DNA of 64,000 nucleotides from an uncultured Thermoplasmata archaeon (GTDB lineage Archaea > Thermoplasmatota > Thermoplasmata > UBA10834): positions 384,001 through 448,000 of the forward strand of contig CAVRDX010000001.1 of the NCBI GenBank assembly GCA_963719945.1, given 5' to 3'. Shown here in pieces: positions 1 to 10,281 of this stretch; the stretch's first letter is position 1; every line of letters starts with the position of its first letter. The position numbers and the translations under genes were made by a program. Under the pieces are notes generated by a model. That model was not told the origin of the DNA. It saw only the letters and a list, made by a program, of their open reading frames with translations, and ran no database searches.

Positions 1-321
1 ACCTCCAGCAGGAAGTCGGAGATCGAACGCTCCAGGAAGCAGAGAGTCGAACGGGCGAAGAAACGGCAGGATGAGATGGCGACGCATGCCCGTGCGGTCA
101 AGAAGGCTACCGTGGCACCGCAACATGGACCTTTCGAAAGCCTCATTCGGGAGGAGTTCGATGTCACTGCAGATGATGAGGTCGGTTACACGTCCGCTCC
201 GCATCTCAAAGACTTGCCAAAGGGGATGAAGATGTGCGAGATATGTGGTGCACAGGCACCGGATAAGGATTATGTCTGCAAGAACTGTGGCGCCTGGTTC
301 CCCAGAGAAACGGTTACATAG
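1..321 (+). CDS. 5'-truncated hypothetical protein with C-terminal zinc ribbon
   Basis: Frame 1 is open from base 1 (TSSRKSEIERSRKQ...) through the 76..321 ORF. It ends with CEIC-x10-CKNC. Confidence 0.65.
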   Translation, partial: TSSRKSEIERSRKQRVERAKKRQDEMATHARAVKKATVAPQHGPFESLIREEFDVTADDEVGYTSAPHLKDLPKGMKMCEICGAQAPDKDYVCKNCGAWFPRETVT

Positions 322-1279
322 TCGCGTGCTTCATCTTCTCGATGAGATCGCACGCCTTACATCTTTCAGCGATCGTCGGTTCACCGCACGCACACATCTT
401 CAGCGTGGCGGGCCCAAACGCCGTTTCCAGAGCAGGGATTATCTGTTCATAACTTTTCAATATCGAATGCCTCGTCCCTGGGAACTGGTCTTCCAGCTCG
501 CCTACGACCGTTCGATAGGAGTTGCGAAGCGCTTCGGGAGCATATGGGCACTCCAGATCGTGAAATTCTATCTCATTTATCATTGCATACAGCATCGACT
601 CATTCTCGGGTATTGTGCGCAATGGTTGAATGCGAGGAACGAGCCCCGTCTGCTTTCTTTTATGTGGGCCGAGCCTAGCTAATCTCTCCACATCTCCTCT
701 TGAGAAATTCATCAGAATTGATTGGGCTGTATCATCTAGGTTGAGTCCAGTCGCGAGATGGGTCGCCATCCATCCGCGCGCAGCTCGATTCATCGCGTTC
801 CTCCTGAGAACCCCGCAGTAGCTGCATGCTGAGAGTCTGCGATCACGGCATGCGATGTCGTCCATTGTGATTCCGAATAGCTCCTCGAATGAAACCACTA
901 TGTGCTCTACTCCAAGATCATCACATTGTCTCTTCACGATTGGGATCGATGAATCACGATACCCTCGTATTCCCTCATCGATCGTTATCGCCGCGATATC
1001 CAGGTCCTTTCTCACTCCCAATATCTTGGATATCATGTGCAGGGCCAAGCTGCTGTCCTTTCCCCCTGAGACTGCAACTGCAATCCTCTCTCCTCCTCTA
1101 ATGTGGAGCTGTTGTCTTATCTCATGTTTGACTCGCTTGTCCACGAACTCGCAAAAGTGATTCTTGCAGAGATGCGCGCCGCTGTATCTGATCAATATTG
1201 CTGCCCTCTTCCGGCACTTGTCGCAATCGGTCACTGGCTTCTGATTCGGGAGCCTACTATTTATTGGTTGTTTCTCCAT
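314..1279 (-). CDS. ttuA: tRNA 2-thiolation protein, TtuA/NcsA (TIGR00269) family
   Basis: N-terminal CDKC...CKNH, PP-loop AVSGGKDS, CSYC, ECPY, C-terminal CACG...CKAC. Start placed at MEKQP (approximate). Confidence 0.9.
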   Translation of the reverse strand: MEKQPINSRLPNQKPVTDCDKCRKRAAILIRYSGAHLCKNHFCEFVDKRVKHEIRQQLHIRGGERIAVAVSGGKDSSLALHMISKILGVRKDLDIAAITIDEGIRGYRDSSIPIVKRQCDDLGVEHIVVSFEELFGITMDDIACRDRRLSACSYCGVLRRNAMNRAARGWMATHLATGLNLDDTAQSILMNFSRGDVERLARLGPHKRKQTGLVPRIQPLRTIPENESMLYAMINEIEFHDLECPYAPEALRNSYRTVVGELEDQFPGTRHSILKSYEQIIPALETAFGPATLKMCACGEPTIAERCKACDLIEKMKHATM

Positions 1280-1329
1280 CCTCTGCATAGTTATTAGTAA
1301 GGTAATCGCATACGAGAGTGAGAGCGAAT

Positions 1330-2292
1330 ATGCAGGACGTCTGGGTAGAGAAGTACAGGCCAAAGAAACTCGCCGACGTGATCGGTCAGAAGATCATCGT
1401 CGAACGACTCTCTGCGTACGTGAAGACTGTCAGCATGCCACACATGCTTTTCGCTGGTCCTGCGGGTTGTGGGAAGACTACCTGTTCGATTGCTCTCGCT
1501 CGAGAACTGTATGGCGACCAATGGAAAGGCAATTTCCTCGAACTCAACGCCTCTGATGAACGAGGCATCGATATCGTCCGAGGTAAGATCAAGGACTTTG
1601 CCAGGGCTGCTTCGATGGGGCAGAATGATTTCAAAATCATCTTCCTGGATGAGGCTGATTCTCTCACTGGTGATGCCCAGGCTGCTCTCAGGCGTACGAT
1701 GGAGCGCTATACTCAGACCTGCAGATTCATTCTGTCATGCAACTACTCCTCCAAGATTATTGAGCCGATCCAATCGAGATGCGCCGTCTTCAGATTCAGA
1801 CCTCTCAGCGAATCGGATGTGAGGACGTGTGTGGAGAGGATATCGAAGGTCGAGGGTATCGAGGTCTCGGAGGAAGGCTTCCTCGCGATTGCCCAGCTTG
1901 CAGCGGGGGATCTGCGTAAGGCTACCAACATCCTGCAGGTCGCATCATCAATGGGCGGCAAGGTGGATGCGGAAACGGTTTTCGAATCGACTGAAAACAT
2001 ACGACCTTCGGAGATCCAGGAGCTTCTGACGACAGCTCTCAAGGGAAACTTCATGGCCGCGAGGACCAAGCTCGATGACATGATTGTCATTCATGGTCTC
2101 TCCGGAGAGGACATCGTGAAGGCAATTCACAGGGCGGTTCTCGATTTACCAGTAAACGAGGATGTGAAGATACGATTGATCGACCGGGTCGGCGAGGCGG
2201 AGTTCAGAATGGTTTCCGGGTCCAGCGAGAGGATACAGCTGGAGGCGCTGCTTGCGCATTTCGCCTACGAAGGCAAGAATGGCAAACCATGA
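1330..2292 (+). CDS. rfcS: Replication factor C small subunit
   Basis: WVEKYRP, GPAGCGKTT, LELNASDERG, DEAD, SRC motifs. Confidence 0.97.
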   Translation: MQDVWVEKYRPKKLADVIGQKIIVERLSAYVKTVSMPHMLFAGPAGCGKTTCSIALARELYGDQWKGNFLELNASDERGIDIVRGKIKDFARAASMGQNDFKIIFLDEADSLTGDAQAALRRTMERYTQTCRFILSCNYSSKIIEPIQSRCAVFRFRPLSESDVRTCVERISKVEGIEVSEEGFLAIAQLAAGDLRKATNILQVASSMGGKVDAETVFESTENIRPSEIQELLTTALKGNFMAARTKLDDMIVIHGLSGEDIVKAIHRAVLDLPVNEDVKIRLIDRVGEAEFRMVSGSSERIQLEALLAHFAYEGKNGKP

Positions 2293-2322
2293 TGACCTGG
2301 CATTGACGCTGCTGCACAAGAG

Positions 2323-2329
2323 TTATATA
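2323..2329 (+). promoter_or_regulatory. Probable TATA box of rpl40e
   Basis: TTATATA about 33 nt upstream of the ATG at 2362. Confidence 0.55.
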
Positions 2330-2361
2330 CAGTCTGCATGTTTGAGGCCGAGAGGGCTGTC

Positions 2362-2511
2362 ATGGCAAGATTCCCTGAAGCAGAGGCGAGGAACCTCGTT
2401 AAGAAGATCTGCATGAATTGCAACGCAAGGAACGCAATACGTGCAACAAGATGCAGAAAGTGTAAATACACTGGTCTGAGAATCAAGACCAGGGAAGCAA
2501 AGAAGGCCTAG
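2362..2511 (+). CDS. rpl40e: 50S ribosomal protein L40e (49 aa, absent from the ORF track)
   Basis: Manual translation gives [49 protein letters not shown], with the KICxxCxARN...CRKC signature. Confidence 0.95.
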   Translation: MARFPEAEARNLVKKICMNCNARNAIRATRCRKCKYTGLRIKTREAKKA

Positions 2512-2609
2512 GCCCTGGGAAATCATTTCTTGTTTTCGTTCTTCTATCTCATACTGGATAGGCTATTCCTTTTTTAGCAATCAATAGCATCTCTGCCATC
2601 AGTAGAGAG

Positions 2610-2634
2610 AAAAAAGGGTGGAGGGGACTCCACC
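2610..2634 (-). terminator. Hairpin plus U-tract, terminator-like
   Basis: The minus strand reads GGTGGAG-TCCC-CTCCACC followed by CTTTTTT. Confidence 0.5.
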
Positions 2635-2838
2635 GCAGTTGGGCATCACCCCTTGGTTACACCTCTCCTCTTCCTCAAAAGAGCGAACCAATAGGCTGAG
2701 TACTGTATGCTCATTAATGGTCTATAACCTTTATCCTTGGCTGAAAAATATGTTTCACCTTTATGCCATGATTGTCGCATCAACCGTAGCAATTGTATCA
2801 TTAGAATCTTTTTATTTGAATTATGCCAATCTAGGTCT

Positions 2839-3900
2839 ATGTGGCGTTTCCTCCAATCCGAGATGTTGGTCATTCTGGGTATGACCGAGGATGCGTGCAG
2901 GACCGATTCTGAGATTGCAGACCTGTACGGCATGAATAAGGGCACTGTCGCATCCGTTCGCAGGCGGATGCTCGATGCTGGCGCCATCTATTACGCTAAC
3001 GTGCCCGCCTTCAACAAACTCGGATGTGAGATGGTATGCTTTCACATGGGCGCCACGGATCCCGGCGTGCCTTCTGACCTTAAAGCCGGTCATTATATGG
3101 ACTTCTGCGAGTCAGCCCCTCAGACGTTCTTCTCCATGATCGGAGGGGGGAATGTAGTATTCTACACCGCTCTATGCGACGCGACTGAATTGGAGGGGTT
3201 CATCCAAGAACACAACAGCTTCTTCACCGGTCAACGTAGGTCGTCCAAGGCGAAGCTTGACACAGTGATGTTTCCGTATCGCATGTCGCGAGGGACCTAT
3301 ACGACCAACTTCGCTCCGACCGTCCACCGCTTCTTCCAGCTGGAAGTGCCTCCGCCGAAGTCTGAGGTTGCGAAGCATCACGATGTGACATCTCCCGATC
3401 TTTCGGATACTGAGAAGAGGACTCTAATCGCGATGGTGGAGAATCCCAATGCTTCGGACAGAGAAATGGCAGGGAAGGTCAAGCTGTCTCGGCAGGCGGT
3501 CACACGGATAAGGAACAAGCTATACGATGAAGGATATGTAACGAAAGTCTGCGTGCCCCGCTTGTACAAGTGGGGTTTCGAAATCTATGCCGTGACCTTT
3601 TCCAAATTCTCGATGGAGGTCACGTGGGATTCTCGGGTAAAGGCCCAACCCAAAGAGCCAATCGACTTGTCCTTCTTCACATTATCCAAGGCTGATGAGA
3701 GCGTCACCAACCATATGATTTCTAGATATCAGGAATATGCGGAGAATCTGGAGGATATACTAGCATGGTACCACAAATCTCGGATCTTCGACGAGAGCCC
3801 GCGAATCAATGTCTTTTCTCTCGAGCGCTGCACCGAGCTCAGAACATTTGATTTTGCCCCCGCGGTCAAACACCTCCTGAGCACAAAGCAAAAACGCTGA
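2839..3900 (+). CDS. Tandem-duplicated Lrp/AsnC-type winged-HTH transcriptional regulator
   Basis: Two HTH units (TDSEIADLYGMNKGTVASVRRRM and SDREMAGKVKLSRQAVTRIRNKL), each followed by a PxxxKxG linker. Confidence 0.75.
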   Translation: MWRFLQSEMLVILGMTEDACRTDSEIADLYGMNKGTVASVRRRMLDAGAIYYANVPAFNKLGCEMVCFHMGATDPGVPSDLKAGHYMDFCESAPQTFFSMIGGGNVVFYTALCDATELEGFIQEHNSFFTGQRRSSKAKLDTVMFPYRMSRGTYTTNFAPTVHRFFQLEVPPPKSEVAKHHDVTSPDLSDTEKRTLIAMVENPNASDREMAGKVKLSRQAVTRIRNKLYDEGYVTKVCVPRLYKWGFEIYAVTFSKFSMEVTWDSRVKAQPKEPIDLSFFTLSKADESVTNHMISRYQEYAENLEDILAWYHKSRIFDESPRINVFSLERCTELRTFDFAPAVKHLLSTKQKR

Positions 3901-3956
3901 CCTCCTGAACAATTTGTAAATATGCGACCTGACCATTCATTCCTTGGTGGTATCCT

Positions 3957-4346
3957 TTGAAAACAACTCCTCAGATGACTGCCAAGTGGGCAAAAGGCGC
4001 GTTCCTGGCATTCTTGGGAATCATACTGTTGCTCTACTCGAGCAATTTCGTAAAGGAACTGGAAGCTAATGCGTCTGATGAATGGAACCTTTCGTTCGAT
4101 TGGACTTGGGATCTCCTCAGCTGGATTCTCTGGATACTAGTCGCCTGGCTGTTCGTAGATGCAGCGTTGACGATTGCCCTCAGCTTCAAGATGGACTATC
4201 ATACGATCAGTGATGTCATGGCACGGCTCGATAAGATCGAGGAACAGATCTCACAGATCGATCGTCCGGATTCATCGGGATCTTCGAATCTGGACGATTC
4301 TAATCCGCAGAAGGACCATGAAGACGAGCCTCCTCCCCCGATATGA
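3957..4346 (+). CDS. Hypothetical membrane protein
   Basis: Two hydrophobic segments, a short coiled coil and an acidic/Pro tail. It fills the gap between genes. Confidence 0.7.
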   Translation: MKTTPQMTAKWAKGAFLAFLGIILLLYSSNFVKELEANASDEWNLSFDWTWDLLSWILWILVAWLFVDAALTIALSFKMDYHTISDVMARLDKIEEQISQIDRPDSSGSSNLDDSNPQKDHEDEPPPPI

Positions 4347-4355
4347 ATCGGGGTA

Positions 4356-6662
4356 TCAGCTCTTCTTTTCGGCCTTCTTCTTCTCTTTCTTGGGGCACTC
4401 CATGTTTATGCATAGAACCCATGGCGGTTTGCCCTTCTGGTTCCAGACCTTGATGATCGGCGAGCCACAAGCATCGCACGGTTCATCGGTCGGGACGATC
4501 TTCCCCATCTGTGGGAGTGGGTAGACTTTCGTGCACTTCGGGTAATTCGAGCATCCAGCGAACCTCTTCCCTTTCTTCGACTGGATCGCCATGAGGTCGC
4601 TTCCACAATCGGGACACTTGCCTACATACCTCTCTTTCTTGGCGCTTGTACACGCAGGGTCTACGCAGACGATCATCGGCGGCTGGCCTTTGGTTACGTA
4701 CTTCATCTTCGGCGCTCCGCAGACATCACACTTCTGGTCTGTGGCAAGCACGAGCATGCCTCTCGGGAGCGGATATGTCCTCTTGCATTCCGGGTATTTG
4801 GAGCATCCGATGAAGCTGCGACCATCCCGCATTCTGATCTCCAATAGCTGGCCCTGGCCGCACTCGGGGCAATCTCCCAGGTTGTGCTGCGCCCTCAAGG
4901 CCTTTCGGATATCGTCCCCGATCTCCTTCTTGTTCTTCTCCAGCACGGTCATGATGTCATCGAGCATGTCTTGGCTCTCTTCAAGGACATCCGCTTGGAC
5001 CCTATCGCCCTGGGCTATCAGGTCCATCTCGTTCTCAAGATGTGAGGTCATCTTCACATCTGTAATCTTATACTCGTCATGCAACCTTGCGTGATCTTCG
5101 AGTGCAGCCACCACGGCTATGCCGCTTTCGGTGGGCTCGATCTTGACTCCCTTGGCGAATCGCCTGTCGTACAGTTTCTGAATCGTCTCATGACGAGTAC
5201 TCTTCGTGCCCAATCCTCGCCTCTCCATATCTTGGATCAACGTGCCTTGCGTATACCTCGCAGGAGGCTGCGTGTTCTTCTCGGTAACCACGATCTTCTG
5301 CACTTCTGCCTGGTCTCCAGCAAGGAGCGTCGGGAGTTTGACTTCGTTGACCTTGAAGAACGGGTAGTACTTTCTCCATCCGGGCGATATGATCTCATAA
5401 CCTTCGCTGGTGAATGGCTCCCCTCCTATGTCCAGGTTCACGATGGTCTTCTTCGACATGCATGGTGGGGCAACTGTCGCCAGGAATCTTCGGGTCACTA
5501 GTTCATACACATCCCATCGATGGCCCTTCAAATCCTGCTTCTTGGCCGCATCCACTGGATGGATCGGAGGATGATCGGTCGTGCTCTTCTTCCCTCTGGA
5601 GGGTCTTATGCTTTCCTGGGCTAGAATCTCCTCTGCCTCCGCGGCAAACTCTGACTTCTTGAGCTTCTCAAGTATGCTCTTCAGACCAAGTGAAGTTGGA
5701 TAGACCGTGTTGTCGGTTCTGGGATAGGAAATGTACCCATCAGTGTACAGGTCCTCTGCGATCTTCATCGCCTGCGAGGCGCTCAATCCGCGCTTGGTTG
5801 CCTCTGCAAGGAATGCTGTCGTGTTGAACGGAGCTGGCGGATACTCGGTATTCTCCTTTTCGTTGGCATCCTTGACATTTGCGATCTTTGCCTTCTTCGC
5901 GTTTGAGACAGCCGTCTGGGCCTTGTCCTTGTTGTCGAAACTCCCGTTCGAATGGGCTGCCCTGAACTCCTCGCCCTTCTTCAGGTTTGCAGAGACCGTC
6001 CAATATGGAATTGGGACAAATTCCCTAATCTCTTTTTCGCGTGCGACGACGAGAGCAAGTGTTGGACTCTGGACTCTGCCCACGGATAGGAAATCCTTGC
6101 CGAGCTGTCCTGATGCCAATGAGATGAACCTTGTCAATGCAGCTCCCCAGACAAGATCTATGAGTTGTCTCGTCTCAGCCGCTGAAGCGAGTTTGTAATC
6201 GATGTCTGTGAGCTCGGAGAACGCTCTCTCGATCTCTCCTTTGGTGAGCGCGCTGAACTTGGCGCGCCGACTGACCTTCTTGAATGATGTCTGTTCGAGG
6301 GCTTCCACCCCGATGAGCTCTCCCTCTCGGTCATAGTCCGTCGCAATGACGACCTCATCCATCGTTTTTGCAAGGTCCTTGAAGACATTCATTATCCTAG
6401 CCGCGGTCGCATCGACTTTCTTCTCTGGCTTGGCATAGATGAGGTCCTTTGGAGAGATCGAATCCCAGTCGTTGTACTTCTTCGGATAATCGAGAATTAC
6501 GATGTGCCCTCTGAGCCCGAGAACTGTGTATTCATCACCGTCTCTATTGAACTCATAAACGGGGACGCCCGATACCGAGCGTCTCTTCTGAGTATAGTTG
6601 GAGAGGATGAATGCAATCCTCTGCGCGGCGTGGTTCTTCTCGCAGATGATTAGCCTGCGCAT
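4356..6662 (-). CDS. topA: DNA topoisomerase IA with C-terminal Zn ribbons
   Basis: TOPRIM (IICEK, ATDYDREGE), SVGRVQSPTL, catalytic ISYPRTD, repeated C4 ribbons. Confidence 0.97.
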   Translation of the reverse strand: MRRLIICEKNHAAQRIAFILSNYTQKRRSVSGVPVYEFNRDGDEYTVLGLRGHIVILDYPKKYNDWDSISPKDLIYAKPEKKVDATAARIMNVFKDLAKTMDEVVIATDYDREGELIGVEALEQTSFKKVSRRAKFSALTKGEIERAFSELTDIDYKLASAAETRQLIDLVWGAALTRFISLASGQLGKDFLSVGRVQSPTLALVVAREKEIREFVPIPYWTVSANLKKGEEFRAAHSNGSFDNKDKAQTAVSNAKKAKIANVKDANEKENTEYPPAPFNTTAFLAEATKRGLSASQAMKIAEDLYTDGYISYPRTDNTVYPTSLGLKSILEKLKKSEFAAEAEEILAQESIRPSRGKKSTTDHPPIHPVDAAKKQDLKGHRWDVYELVTRRFLATVAPPCMSKKTIVNLDIGGEPFTSEGYEIISPGWRKYYPFFKVNEVKLPTLLAGDQAEVQKIVVTEKNTQPPARYTQGTLIQDMERRGLGTKSTRHETIQKLYDRRFAKGVKIEPTESGIAVVAALEDHARLHDEYKITDVKMTSHLENEMDLIAQGDRVQADVLEESQDMLDDIMTVLEKNKKEIGDDIRKALRAQHNLGDCPECGQGQLLEIRMRDGRSFIGCSKYPECKRTYPLPRGMLVLATDQKCDVCGAPKMKYVTKGQPPMIVCVDPACTSAKKERYVGKCPDCGSDLMAIQSKKGKRFAGCSNYPKCTKVYPLPQMGKIVPTDEPCDACGSPIIKVWNQKGKPPWVLCINMECPKKEKKKAEKKS

Positions 6663-6751
6663 CTGGGGTTGGATGCTTCGGCTCTTATATAATCATAATG
6701 GGTGATAACAGGAAACACTCCAGATTGTGTTCTGGCTAGAATTCCCTCGAT

Positions 6752-8065
6752 TCACTTGGCATTCCATTTCTTCCTTCTGAGATCCAGGAGTTCGTTCCTT
6801 CTCCGACCAAGCCCGAGAATGGAGACTGGCACACTCATGTCGTTCTCGACGAATCGTATGTATTCCTTCATGGTCTCCGGAAGCGCGCGGAATCCCTTCG
6901 CGAGGATGCTATCCAGCCGCTTCCCCTCGATCTCCTCCCAACCTCTGAGAGTCTTGTACACTGGTTCGCATCTCTGAAGCACCCGCAGGTCCGTCGGGAA
7001 TCTTGTCACTCTCTTGCCATCGAGTCTATAGTGTGTGCATATCTTGACCTTGTCGAAACCTCCGAGGACGTCTATCTTGGTCATCGCGATGCCCTTGAAA
7101 CCATTCAATGAGTGCGAATATCTGGTGACGACGAGGTCCAGCCATCCACACCGTCTGGATCTCCCTGTCGTTGTGCCGAACTCCCCACCCTTCTCCGCTA
7201 TGCTGCTTCCGATATCGTCGCAGAGCTCTGTCGGGAAAGGGCCTTCACCGACGCGTGTGGTATATGCTTTCATGACGCCGTAGACGTCACCAATCGCGGA
7301 GGGCGGGACGCCAGATCCAGATGCCGCATTAGATGCTGCCGTTATAGATGAGGTGACATATGGGTAAGTGCCATGGTCTATGTCCAGCATGGTGCCCTGT
7401 GCGCCCTCGAAGAGGACGTTCTTATTCTTGGCTAGTGCGCTGCCGATAAGTGCTCCTGTATCCATCACATGCGTACTGAGTCTCTTGCCATATTCTGAAT
7501 ATTCTCTGACTATCTTGTTCTTGTCGAGTTTTGTCGAATCGCCGTAGAATTCCAGAAGCCTCTGCTTAAGCGGAATCAGAAATGCCAGTTTTTCGGACAG
7601 CACCTCTTCTTCGACGAGGTCGCACATCCTCACACCGATTCTCGATGCCTTGTCCGAGTATGCTGGCCCTATCCCCCGGCCCGTTGTGCCCACTTTGGAG
7701 CCCATCTTGAGCCTCTCCTCGGCCCCATCCAAGAGCTTATGGTATGGCATGATGACATGGGCCCGTTCGCTGATTCTGAGGTTCTTAGTGCTGACACCTC
7801 TGGATTCGAGGCCGTCAAGTTCCTGGATGAGCACTCCTGGGTCGATGACCACACCGTTCCCTATCACAGAGAATTTGCCGCGCCTGAGAATCCCCGAAGG
7901 TAGGTGGTGCAGTTTGAACAGCTCCTCGCCGATCTTGACGCTATGTCCGGCATTGTTCCCTCCCTGGAATCTGACGACGAACTGCGCATCCTCTGCGAGG
8001 TAGTCCACTATCTTGCCCTTGCCTTCATCGCCCCATTGTGATCCTACGACAGTCAACGATGGCAT
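6752..8065 (-). CDS. purA: Adenylosuccinate synthetase
   Basis: GSQWGDEGKGK, RFQGGNNAGH, GTTGRGIGP, EGAQG, GTTTGRSRRCGW. True start is MPSLTVVG at 8065. Confidence 0.97.
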   Translation of the reverse strand: MPSLTVVGSQWGDEGKGKIVDYLAEDAQFVVRFQGGNNAGHSVKIGEELFKLHHLPSGILRRGKFSVIGNGVVIDPGVLIQELDGLESRGVSTKNLRISERAHVIMPYHKLLDGAEERLKMGSKVGTTGRGIGPAYSDKASRIGVRMCDLVEEEVLSEKLAFLIPLKQRLLEFYGDSTKLDKNKIVREYSEYGKRLSTHVMDTGALIGSALAKNKNVLFEGAQGTMLDIDHGTYPYVTSSITAASNAASGSGVPPSAIGDVYGVMKAYTTRVGEGPFPTELCDDIGSSIAEKGGEFGTTTGRSRRCGWLDLVVTRYSHSLNGFKGIAMTKIDVLGGFDKVKICTHYRLDGKRVTRFPTDLRVLQRCEPVYKTLRGWEEIEGKRLDSILAKGFRALPETMKEYIRFVENDMSVPVSILGLGRRRNELLDLRRKKWNAK

Positions 8066-8133
8066 CCTATCGATAAGTGCATCCTCGACCTCTGTATTTA
8101 AACATTGGATTCGGTCTGGAATATTGTACCTGA

Positions 8134-9237
8134 TCATCGTTTGAATATCTCGATCAGATCGTCTATCGGTGCATCTGTCTTGAATCCCTTGGGGTCGAAG
8201 TGAGTCCTCGAAGCGGTGAAGCCCGCATCCTCGAGTCTCTCGATGAAGATGACCAGCTTGGGTGGCGAGTGCTTGGTTCTCCGTGCTATTTCGTCGAGTT
8301 TGTAGAACAGCGGCGTAGACATGGCTTCCTCCCTCCAGACCGTCAGCATCTTCTCGCATCGCGATGAAGTCCCAAGATCCCCAGTCACGGACATCTTCCG
8401 CAACAATTCCTTTGAGAACAATTGTCCGGTCCAGAGGGGACCAGCATCCATCTTGCCGCATCTGCTGTCGGTGACTTCGCGGACAAGGGATTCCTTGTCA
8501 TATCTTGCGTATCCCAGACGTTTTATGGCGGCATCCGCCCTGTTGGCCCCGTTCACTATTCTTGCGTAGATCTTGAAGTAATGGTCCGCATGATAGCATA
8601 GCAATGGTTCGCAAGCCCTGTCATGCTTGGCTGCCTCACGCACAAGATATCCCAAGAGTATTCTCAACCCCGTTTCGTGCGCGAACGGAGACCTTGATGA
8701 GTGCGAGCCATACCGTCTGAGGCAAGTCTTGGGATATGTCCCGTACAGCGGCGCGGTGTCGGTAGCCGTTATTGCCACCACTCCCCTGTTCTTGCAGCTC
8801 TGGACGGCTGCGTCTATGAATCCGACTGGGGTCCCAAACGGGTCGACATCGATGTAGTCGAACGCCTCGTCTGCCAGTAGACTGTTAAGATCCCTGGACG
8901 TGACTGCCACATGCTCCAGACTGTTCATGGACGCGTTCTCTTTGATCAACACCGCCGCCATGAGATTCCTGTCGTTCAGTATGAAATCGGCTTTCACACC
9001 ACACTCATTCGCCAGCCGGAGTCCCCTGGCACCGGTTGCGGCCAGCCCATCGAGTATCTTCTGTCCTTCTTGAAAAATCTCACGCCCGAACATGACGGAG
9101 ATGTCTCGGCCGAATTCCATCTGCCTGTTGTAGAACAGATCGCCACGTTTCGTGCCAGGCCCCTTCCTGCAGAAATCATCGGGAACCAGAAGTTCCGTGG
9201 TGCCTTCAATGACCTTGGCAAGCCCAGGTCCGCTCAA
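8134..9237 (-). CDS. trm1: tRNA (guanine26-N2)-dimethyltransferase
   Basis: FYNRQMEFGRD, ATGARGLR, DVDPFGTP, TATD, HETGLRIL, SRTHF. Confidence 0.95.
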   Translation of the reverse strand: MSGPGLAKVIEGTTELLVPDDFCRKGPGTKRGDLFYNRQMEFGRDISVMFGREIFQEGQKILDGLAATGARGLRLANECGVKADFILNDRNLMAAVLIKENASMNSLEHVAVTSRDLNSLLADEAFDYIDVDPFGTPVGFIDAAVQSCKNRGVVAITATDTAPLYGTYPKTCLRRYGSHSSRSPFAHETGLRILLGYLVREAAKHDRACEPLLCYHADHYFKIYARIVNGANRADAAIKRLGYARYDKESLVREVTDSRCGKMDAGPLWTGQLFSKELLRKMSVTGDLGTSSRCEKMLTVWREEAMSTPLFYKLDEIARRTKHSPPKLVIFIERLEDAGFTASRTHFDPKGFKTDAPIDDLIEIFKR

Positions 9238-9788
9238 ACGTACTCGCCCTTCATGAGTTTGATTATCTTGTATGGAAGCAGGTTCCTGTTGATTGGGGTG
9301 ACTTCAAGAATACGTACATCGTCCCTGCGCCTGATGTCTTGGAGGAGCGGATTCCTGGACTTCTTGTGCAGTGTTAGGATGATGGGCTTCTCTACTTCCA
9401 TGGCATCCTTCACTGCCTTGACGAACTTCTCAGATTCCACTTCCATCTTTCCAACTTCGTCGATCACTATCACATCGGCGTTCTTGCTTGCATCGACGAG
9501 TGCCTCGACCCCGACCGTGTCCAGGCTCTCCAGATTCACACCGTATTTTCCCACGCAGAACTTGGATTCAGTGTCCGTATGCGCGAATATGGCCTTTCTC
9601 TTCGTCTTCCAATCCATGACGTAGAATCCTACGCGCTTCCCATTCTCTATGATTGGTTCCGTGACCATTCCACCTACTACAAGCTCTTCTTCCTCCAGCA
9701 TCTCGATGACTTTGACGAGAGCCTGAGTCTTGCCTGCGCCAGGAAGACCTGTGATGCCTATCTTTATTCCTCTTGTCATGGGGATCAC
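9234..9788 (-). CDS. Nucleoside-triphosphatase, THEP1 family
   Basis: ITGLPGAGKT, VGKYGV, IDEVGKME. Confidence 0.92.
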   Translation of the reverse strand: MIPMTRGIKIGITGLPGAGKTQALVKVIEMLEEEELVVGGMVTEPIIENGKRVGFYVMDWKTKRKAIFAHTDTESKFCVGKYGVNLESLDTVGVEALVDASKNADVIVIDEVGKMEVESEKFVKAVKDAMEVEKPIILTLHKKSRNPLLQDIRRRDDVRILEVTPINRNLLPYKIIKLMKGEYV

Positions 9789-9873
9789 CGATCATCCAGA
9801 TGGTCGAATCTCGTATGGTTTTTCAAATATATAATGTGTGTCATAAATCTTAACCGCCAGTTGGGAAAACGGG

Positions 9874-10281
9874 TCACGATTGAGCCGCGTCCATCCCATC
9901 CTTCACGACCCTGCTGACGAACATCAGAGGGTAGTTCATCTCCCTGACGAACTTCATGCCTGCTTCGACCAGGGTATTGTTGTATCTCACGGCTATCGAG
10001 ACATCAAGCATATCCCCTGTGAGGGAGACATACCCGAACTCGCTCACCTTCTCTCTCAGCTTGGTCCGGTCAATGCGGACCTTGACACTCTCGACGAATG
10101 GCTGGACCATGCTTCCTGATTCCATGGCCTTCTCCAGGGTTTCCACATTGTCTGCATTCACTGGGACACCGACGAACTGATGATATATCGTGCCGAGTTT
10201 GATGCCAGCCTCAAAAGTGGCTCTCTCCGAATCGGAGCACATGAAATGAGCGTCAGCTTTCCGCTCCCTTTCGTCTTTCAT
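9874..10281 (-). CDS. mptD: Archaeal dihydroneopterin aldolase (MptD family)
   Basis: ERATFEAGIKLGTIYHQFVG, QPFV, YVSL, NYPLM motifs. Confidence 0.88.
   Translation of the reverse strand: MKDERERKADAHFMCSDSERATFEAGIKLGTIYHQFVGVPVNADNVETLEKAMESGSMVQPFVESVKVRIDRTKLREKVSEFGYVSLTGDMLDVSIAVRYNNTLVEAGMKFVREMNYPLMFVSRVVKDGMDAAQS

Noticed and set aside
2289-2340. ATGATGA after rfcS as a C box (a similar motif lies at ~23078)
   Set aside because: There are no correctly spaced CTGA D/D' boxes, and the region is the rpl40e promoter.
8066-8461. 132-aa N-terminal extension of PurA in the ORF track
   Set aside because: It overlaps trm1 in another frame, and the family N-terminus begins at 8065. The same applies to the extensions on korA, korB, korD, SAMP and apgM.
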